From positions 1-29,925 of the IMG/VR virus record IMGVR_UViG_3300017912_003285: a stretch of 29,925 nt of DNA; one strand, given 5' to 3'. Shown here one piece after another: positions 24,771 through 29,925 of the stretch. This DNA comes from a virus. Its lineage: Duplodnaviria; Caudoviricetes. How positions within the stretch are numbered: the first letter of the stretch is position 1; each line of letters begins with the position of its first letter. Made by a program: the position numbers and the translations under genes. Under the pieces are notes generated by a model. It worked only from the letters and a program-made list of their open reading frames with translations, ran no database searches and had not been told where the DNA came from.

Positions 24771-25309
24771 GACAGATAAAAATAAATTCTGAGACTGGTT
24801 CTGAAATTGTGAGCCTAACAGAAATGAAAAATTACTTAAGGGTTGACCATGCTGTTGACAATACGTTGATTACAGACATGATTACTCAAGCAAGGCAAAT
24901 AATAGAAAATTACTTGTCAAGGGACATTGTTGCCAAAACCAGAACTTATTACCTAGATGAATCAGATGGTTTGATTGATATACCATTTGGCCCTGTTGCC
25001 TCAATACAATCTGTCACAGTTGATGGCACTTCAGCAACCCACACTGTTATTGGCCTTGATAATGAAATGATTGAATTGGAAGCATCGCCATCGTATGTAG
25101 TCTCTAATTTGTTTTCAGATGCTTACAAAAAAATAAAAATAAATTACACAACCTCAGGCTTAAGCGACAAAGCGATAAAACATGCAATCATGCAAATGGT
25201 CTCAACCTTTTACGATAACAGAGCAGATTTCAAAGATGGCATTGTAGTCAGAGAAATACCAATCACATCCAAAAAAATGGTTGACAGTTTTAAATCTATG
25301 TATGTGTAA
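24767..25309 (+). CDS. Head-tail adaptor (gp6/SPP1 gp15-like, long form)
   Basis: VSL.E.KNYLRVD...D..LI...I..AR...E.Y; PV.SI.SV; AI...V...YDNR. Confidence 0.88.
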   Translation: MRQIKINSETGSEIVSLTEMKNYLRVDHAVDNTLITDMITQARQIIENYLSRDIVAKTRTYYLDESDGLIDIPFGPVASIQSVTVDGTSATHTVIGLDNEMIELEASPSYVVSNLFSDAYKKIKINYTTSGLSDKAIKHAIMQMVSTFYDNRADFKDGIVVREIPITSKKMVDSFKSMYV

Positions 25310-25647
25310 TGGATGCTGGTAAACTCAATTCAAGGATTTTATTTTACAATGCAAATCAAGTTTCAGATGGTTTTGGGGGCTTTACAGTAGGTTTTACATC
25401 ATCAGGTAGTGTTTGGGGTCACTACAAGCAAATAGATGGCTCTATTGATGACGAAAATGGCCTTAGACAAAGGGCAATCACTGCTGAAATAATATGTCGA
25501 AAAAAAAGTGTGGAAAACATAAGTATTGAGGATGTTTTCAGAATTGATAGCAGTAGTGGCTCAAATTATAGAATCACAAATATTTATGACTCTGAATATA
25601 AATATTTTGTAAAAATAGAAGGTGTCCTGGTTGACCAAAGTATATAA
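25309..25647 (+). CDS. Head closure / stopper protein (SPP1 gp16-like)
   Basis: MDAGKLNSRI, SDGFGG, VW and Y.I..I motifs; position. Confidence 0.82.
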   Translation: MDAGKLNSRILFYNANQVSDGFGGFTVGFTSSGSVWGHYKQIDGSIDDENGLRQRAITAEIICRKKSVENISIEDVFRIDSSSGSNYRITNIYDSEYKYFVKIEGVLVDQSI

Positions 25648-26090
25648 TGAAAATTCAGGCTAAAATAAACAGTTCTGACTTAGGTTTATTACAGAGTAAA
25701 ATAAATTCATTAAAAAAATTAGCTAGTCAAGAACTTTCAAACGAGATAGGAAAAACAGCATTTGGAATTGAAAGAAGAGCTAAAAGAACTGTGCCTGTTG
25801 ATACTGGTGGTCTAAAGCAGTCAATCAAAACATTTCATTCTGGCAAAAAAGCATTCGTTGAGGCCGGTAAAAAATATGCACCATTTATTGAGTTTGGCAC
25901 TGGTTCCAAGGTTGATTTGACAGACATGCAAGAACTTGGCATACCAAAATCTTATGCTCTGCAATTTAAAGGCAAAGGTAAACGAAATGTAAACATCAGA
26001 CCACAACCTTTTTTGTTTCCATCAGCAAGAATAGAATTTTTAAATTTGTTAAAGAAACTAGAAAGTAAAATAAGTAAAATAATAAAATGA
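25647..26090 (+). CDS. Tail completion protein (HK97 gp10-like)
   Basis: AK..VPVDTG.L..SI, YAPFIEFGT and QPFLFPS motifs. Confidence 0.9.
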   Translation: MKIQAKINSSDLGLLQSKINSLKKLASQELSNEIGKTAFGIERRAKRTVPVDTGGLKQSIKTFHSGKKAFVEAGKKYAPFIEFGTGSKVDLTDMQELGIPKSYALQFKGKGKRNVNIRPQPFLFPSARIEFLNLLKKLESKISKIIK

Positions 26091-26524
26091 AAGACCCAGC
26101 TCGATTTATACGTCAAAAAATTATTACTGCTCTTTCAGGCAACATCACTTATGATGGTTCTGCTGTGCCGGTTTATGGAACAGTCCCGAGCACAACAGGT
26201 TTTCCATACATAAGAGTGTATGGTGTGAACACTGTTGAAGTTGACCAAAATAGGTCATCATTCACCACAGAGGTGACAACAAGAATAGAGGCTGTTAGTC
26301 GTTTTATCACAGATGATGGTGGCGAATTAACCACAAACTCATTAATTTCAGATTGCTTAAATTTGTTAAGAGTTAGGTCAGGCAATTACATAAACCTGTC
26401 TGGCGATGGTTTTAAGGTTTATACAAGTGTTATTGGTAATATTAATTATTTAAGGGAAGACACCAAAAATAACACTTATTATAGAGCAATATTGGAATTA
26501 GAAAACAGAGTGTTAGAATTGTAA
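26087..26524 (+). CDS. Tail terminator protein (SPP1 gp17/DUF3168-like)
   Basis: VY..VP....FPYI motif, size and position. Confidence 0.75.
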   Translation: MKDPARFIRQKIITALSGNITYDGSAVPVYGTVPSTTGFPYIRVYGVNTVEVDQNRSSFTTEVTTRIEAVSRFITDDGGELTTNSLISDCLNLLRVRSGNYINLSGDGFKVYTSVIGNINYLREDTKNNTYYRAILELENRVLEL

Positions 26525-26527
26525 ATT

Positions 26528-26836
26528 ATGTCAGAAATAAATTCAGAATCAAAATTAAAATTAAGCATCAAAGAAGTGATTGCTAGTGTGATTGGTTTGG
26601 CGAGTTTATTTGGCATTTATTTCACCTTGCAAGGTCAAGTTGACAACAACATGGAAGATATACAAAGTCTGCAAAATGATTCTGTAAACCCTGTTGAGTT
26701 TCAATATAAAGATGAACTTGTTAGGTCATCAATCCTTAGAATCGAAGATAAAACAAATTTTTTAGCAGATGATATTGAGTCAATCAAATCATCGGTTGAA
26801 AAAATTGAGCAACGTTTATATGAAATTAAAAGATAA
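26528..26836 (+). CDS. Single-TM membrane protein with C-terminal coiled coil (i-spanin-like topology)
   Basis: TM segment VIASVIGLASLFGIYFTL; heptads LADDIESIKSSVEKIEQRLYEI. Confidence 0.6.
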   Translation: MSEINSESKLKLSIKEVIASVIGLASLFGIYFTLQGQVDNNMEDIQSLQNDSVNPVEFQYKDELVRSSILRIEDKTNFLADDIESIKSSVEKIEQRLYEIKR

Positions 26837-27173
26837 AATATGTGTCCTGTTAACTGTCCTTTATGTATCTTTTGCGAGTAGTCAAAATTATAAAAACAAC
26901 GTTAGTGTCGTGGTTTTCAATGCTGACTTCATCGGGCAAAAAGTTGATGTCAAAGATTTCAAACAAGTTGACAAATATCTGTTTACATTTGAAAACTATA
27001 AACATAAAAAGCATTTTCAAAAAGAAAAAATAATTTATATGCCGACACTATTGCTTTTTAACAATGGTGAAGAACTTATAAGAATTGAAGCAGGTATTGA
27101 CCTAAAACTCCCTGACAACTACAAAAATAAAATCAAAAATAAATTAGAAGAACTTTTACAAAATAAATTTTAA
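26820..27173 (+). CDS. Secreted thioredoxin-fold protein lacking CxxC
   Basis: Signal peptide MKLKDKICVLLTVLYVSFASS/Q; VVVFNADF where thioredoxin has F.A.WCxxC; I.YMPTLLLFNNGEELIRI thioredoxin C-terminal motif. Start ATG 26820. Confidence 0.65.
   Translation: MKLKDKICVLLTVLYVSFASSQNYKNNVSVVVFNADFIGQKVDVKDFKQVDKYLFTFENYKHKKHFQKEKIIYMPTLLLFNNGEELIRIEAGIDLKLPDNYKNKIKNKLEELLQNKF
26840..26881 (+). CDS. Candidate overprinted Cys-rich micro-ORF MCPVNCPLCIFCE
   Basis: ATG 3 nt after the stop of 26528..26836, in that same frame, with an A-rich leader; nested in the signal-peptide codons of the next gene. Confidence 0.35.
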   Translation: MCPVNCPLCIFCE

Positions 27174-27174
27174 G

Positions 27175-28347
27175 ATGAAAAAACTATATATTATATTTTT
27201 ACTTTTTACAATATCACTGAATGGTCAAATTTTCAAAAAAGCCTATAATGAGATTTTTAAATATTCAACAGTCTTTGTGGCAGGTAGTGCTCAAAATTCA
27301 TACGAGCCAGAAAGAAGGCAATATTTTGTGAGAACGCCAGAGGGTGCTGGTTTGTACGACATCCCTGAAGTATATGATGCCACTGTGGTGCATCCATACA
27401 GGTATCGTTATGGTTTTGGTATAAGAAAAATTGGATTGTTTGATTTTGAAAAAAGAGACAAGAATTATTATGATGGCAATGAAAACCTTGTTGCATTGTC
27501 AGCACCAACATCAAGTGTGCCCGGCAATTTAGAGTATTTATTCTTTTGGCAAAAAGAAAGAGACAGAGGTGAACTTTTTACAAACACTAGATACTTTATT
27601 AGACACACAGGCAAATGGCATATTGTAAAACTAGAGCAAAGGTCAAATGAAAGAGTAAATTTCAAATACAATTCTGGGGAAGTTAGATTGAGAATACCGA
27701 TTGGAAAAAAACTAAGCATTTCTTATGGTGCCATATACAGAACACATACAAGAAGTTATGGATATAATCCTTTTGAAATATGGGTCAATGAACTAAACGA
27801 CAATGGCAATCCAGTTAATCCTTGGTATTCTCTTGCTTATGAATATGGTTGGGTTGATGAGTTGTTTCAATATACCAATCTTGCAACCGGTGAAACATCT
27901 TACGACTGGGTTTGGACTGACCCTGATGGAAACATTAGGGCAAGGACAGACTTAGAGTTTAGGGATGGGCCTTTCAAATCAATCATCGCAGAATATAACA
28001 ACCAAGAATGGGATAAAATACCAGAATTTGAAATGATTTCGCAAATTGTTGGTTTCGATTATTATTTACAAAACCAAAAATTCTGGGTGCATCTGTTTGG
28101 TTCTTATCTATTCTCACATAAATACATTGGTGGTTCTGATATTGAAAAAAGTTATTTGCATAGAAATAATTTTGGCAAAGGTGGATTAATGAAAGATGCT
28201 CAACCAGAGCAATGGCAAGATTATCAATTCGGTGCGACTATTGGATGGAAACTCAACAGATTTGGTATTTTCTTGGATGGTGAGTTTACAAGGTATTGGT
28301 CGTCTGAAATATTTAACACACAAATTGGTGTGAATTTTAGATTATGA
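27175..28347 (+). CDS. Predicted outer-membrane beta-barrel protein
   Basis: Signal peptide MKKLYIIFLLFTISLNG/Q; many alternating amphipathic, aromatic-rich strands; C-terminal beta-signal-like FNTQIGVNFRL. Confidence 0.65.
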   Translation: MKKLYIIFLLFTISLNGQIFKKAYNEIFKYSTVFVAGSAQNSYEPERRQYFVRTPEGAGLYDIPEVYDATVVHPYRYRYGFGIRKIGLFDFEKRDKNYYDGNENLVALSAPTSSVPGNLEYLFFWQKERDRGELFTNTRYFIRHTGKWHIVKLEQRSNERVNFKYNSGEVRLRIPIGKKLSISYGAIYRTHTRSYGYNPFEIWVNELNDNGNPVNPWYSLAYEYGWVDELFQYTNLATGETSYDWVWTDPDGNIRARTDLEFRDGPFKSIIAEYNNQEWDKIPEFEMISQIVGFDYYLQNQKFWVHLFGSYLFSHKYIGGSDIEKSYLHRNNFGKGGLMKDAQPEQWQDYQFGATIGWKLNRFGIFLDGEFTRYWSSEIFNTQIGVNFRL

Positions 28348-28775
28348 GAAAAATCGACAAACTCATCGTGCATTGTTCTGCAACTCCAGAGTTTAAATAT
28401 TTTGATGTTGATGACATAAGAGACTGGCATGTCAAAGGCAATAAATGGTCTGATTGTGGCTATCATTATGTAATCACCTTGGATGGTAAAATACAACAAG
28501 GAAGGCCGGTTGAAAAGCAAGGTGCTCATGTTGCCGGTATGAACAAACACAGCATCGGTATTTGTTATATTGGGGGCATGGATAAAAACATGGATTTGTG
28601 GCTAGACACTAGAACACCAGAACAAAAAGATGCATTGTTTAATTTGCTTATGGACTTAAAATTTCAGTATCCTGAATCAGTCGTGTATGGTCACAATGAT
28701 TTCACTGATAAAAAAGTTTGTCCTTGTTTTGATGCTTTTAAAGAATATCGTGAAATCTCAAATTATACTGAATAA
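28344..28775 (+). CDS. Endolysin, N-acetylmuramoyl-L-alanine amidase (T7 lysozyme-like)
   Basis: IVHCSAT, GYHY, GAH, SIGICY.GG and GH.D....K.CP.FD zinc-amidase motifs. Confidence 0.95.
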   Translation: MRKIDKLIVHCSATPEFKYFDVDDIRDWHVKGNKWSDCGYHYVITLDGKIQQGRPVEKQGAHVAGMNKHSIGICYIGGMDKNMDLWLDTRTPEQKDALFNLLMDLKFQYPESVVYGHNDFTDKKVCPCFDAFKEYREISNYTE

Positions 28776-28777
28776 CT

Positions 28778-29176
28778 ATGTTAAAATTATTAATGTCGCT
28801 TATTGGTAAAAAAGGGGATGGTCTTGGTGGATTTGCCACTGACATCAGAGAAGCAATCAAAGGAAAAGAAATTGACCCAAACAAAGCACTTGAACTTGTA
28901 AAGTTACAAAATGAAATCAATAAGGTTGAAGCACAACATCGGTCTGTTTTTGTAAGTGGATGGCGACCTTTTATTGGTTGGGTTTGTGGTGTGGCTTTGG
29001 CTTATAATTTTATAGTTCGTGATTTACTTACATGGTTTATGTCAAACTATTATTCAGAGTTAGGGGTTACGATGCCACCTGCTTTACAAATGGAACATTT
29101 GATGACAGTGCTTTTGGGTATGCTTGGCCTGGGTGGTCTTAGAACTTATGAAAAACTAAAAGATAAGTCTAAGTAG
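28778..29176 (+). CDS. Holin (3TM/GTA-holin-like family)
   Basis: SVFVSGWRPFIGWVCG and LLGMLGLGGLRTYEK motifs; adjacent to the endolysin. Confidence 0.82.
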   Translation: MLKLLMSLIGKKGDGLGGFATDIREAIKGKEIDPNKALELVKLQNEINKVEAQHRSVFVSGWRPFIGWVCGVALAYNFIVRDLLTWFMSNYYSELGVTMPPALQMEHLMTVLLGMLGLGGLRTYEKLKDKSK

Positions 29177-29298
29177 TGGCAAAAAAAAACATTTTTACAT
29201 TTTACAAAAAGCCAAGAAAAAAAAGGCCAGGTCGTCATTCTAAGAACCAATCACAATCACAAAGGAAAAAAAAATATAGAGGCCAGGGTAAAATTTAA
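29176..29298 (+). CDS. 40-aa highly basic peptide MAKKNIFTFYKKPRKKRPGRHSKNQSQSQRKKKYRGQGKI
   Basis: Read by hand. GTG start overlaps the holin stop (TAGTG); no acidic residues; KKYRGQG ending recalls small basic phage proteins. Confidence 0.7.
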   Translation: MAKKNIFTFYKKPRKKRPGRHSKNQSQSQRKKKYRGQGKI

Positions 29299-29300
29299 AA

Positions 29301-29314
29301 TGGTTAAATTTGTG
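29301..29314 (+). promoter_or_regulatory. Putative promoter -7 element TAAATTTG for the tail fibre gene
   Basis: Match at 29305-29312, ~22 nt upstream of ATG 29335. Confidence 0.5.
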
Positions 29315-29334
29315 ATAATAAATTTATTCACTAT

Positions 29335-29925
29335 ATGGCAACACTTACAGGACAAACTATTGCCTCGACTTATGATGGCTTATTAAAATTATCTGACAAC
29401 GATGGATTAACAGCATCGGTCAAAAACATACAAGATGGCCTAGGTATAAGTTCGCCAGTAAACATTTCAACTGCTGTATTATTTATAAAACCAACATCTG
29501 ACACTAGTTCAACACCAACATCGGGAAAAGAATTTGAGGTCGTTGGTAATGCTTTAATTACAGGCGACTTACAAGTTGACAATATCAATATTGATGGCAA
29601 CACAATATCTGCAACGAGTGGTGTTGTGACATTGGCTAATGGTGCGATTGCCACAACACAAAGTCAAAATGACAATTCAACAAAGATTGCAACAACTGCT
29701 TATGTTGACTCAGCAGTGGATGGTGTTGACACACTTGCCGAGATTCTTGCAATAGGAAACACAACAGGTTCAACTAAAATATCGGTTAACAATTCTAGTA
29801 GTGGAATTGATTTTGTTGATAATGCAAAAGCAAGATTCGGAACCGGAAATGATTTAAATATATATCATGATTCATCAAACACAATAATTGAAAACGAAAC
29901 AGGTAATTTATTCTTAATAAATAAA
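29335..29925 (+). CDS. Tail fibre N-terminal part (MATLTGQTIASTYDGLLKL...), continues at base 142
   Basis: Open to the contig end; contains DNINIDGNTIS and DNSTKIATTAYVD fibre motifs; 150 codons precede the terminal repeat, in frame with base 1. Confidence 0.88.
   Translation, partial: MATLTGQTIASTYDGLLKLSDNDGLTASVKNIQDGLGISSPVNISTAVLFIKPTSDTSSTPTSGKEFEVVGNALITGDLQVDNINIDGNTISATSGVVTLANGAIATTQSQNDNSTKIATTAYVDSAVDGVDTLAEILAIGNTTGSTKISVNNSSSGIDFVDNAKARFGTGNDLNIYHDSSNTIIENETGNLFLINK
29785..29925. repeat. Terminal direct repeat, copy 2
   Basis: Identical to 1-141. Confidence 0.95.

Noticed and set aside
26769-26819. Longer N-terminus for the thioredoxin-like ORF (likewise track starts 11995, 12407 and 24109)
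   Set aside because: Downstream ATGs give a clean signal peptide or shorter overlaps and place the family motifs at the N-terminus.
4248-29176. Gene transfer agent (GTA-like holin, short tube protein)
   Set aside because: The circular contig has its own replication and recombination genes and no host flanks.
11-29654. All minus-strand ORFs, and nested plus-strand ORFs 9258, 19552 and 21731, in the track
   Set aside because: They are shadows of well-supported + strand genes and show no recognisable motifs or expression signals.
29785-29925. 141-bp terminal repeat as a biological DTR or att site
   Set aside because: It falls mid-gene in the fibre and 141 equals a common assembler k-mer size, so it is best explained as circular-contig overlap.

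Overview
Apparently complete, circularly permuted genome of a small AT-rich tailed dsDNA phage. Bases 1-141 are identical to 29785-29925, giving a unit length of about 29,784 bp. All credible genes are on the + strand. Order around the circle: early/recombination-replication block (HTH, SSAP, SSB-like, RecE-like exonuclease, VRR-NUC, initiator with an internal ori-like tract, T7 gp4/Twinkle-like primase-helicase; no DNA polymerase, no integrase); TerS/TerL; an unusually long HK97-type portal; MuF, prohead protease and HK97-fold capsid; an inserted accessory cassette; head-tail connectors; an extended lysis block; a ~1271-aa repeat-built tail fibre that spans the contig junction; then tail tube, frameshifted tail chaperone, tape measure and tail tip (siphovirus-type). 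A Bacteroidota (probably flavobacterial) host is inferred from TAnnTTTG-type promoters, A-rich leaders without Shine-Dalgarno sites, and signal peptides followed by Gln. Two candidates for undescribed systems stand out. (1) The lysis block has no recognisable spanin pair. It instead encodes a membrane-anchored coiled-coil protein, a secreted thioredoxin-fold protein lacking CxxC (overprinted by a 13-codon four-Cys ORF), a predicted outer-membrane beta-barrel and a cationic peptide. (2) The portal carries about 300 aa of extra C-terminal modules that may be cargo released by the prohead protease. All family calls come from motif recognition by eye, not from database searches.
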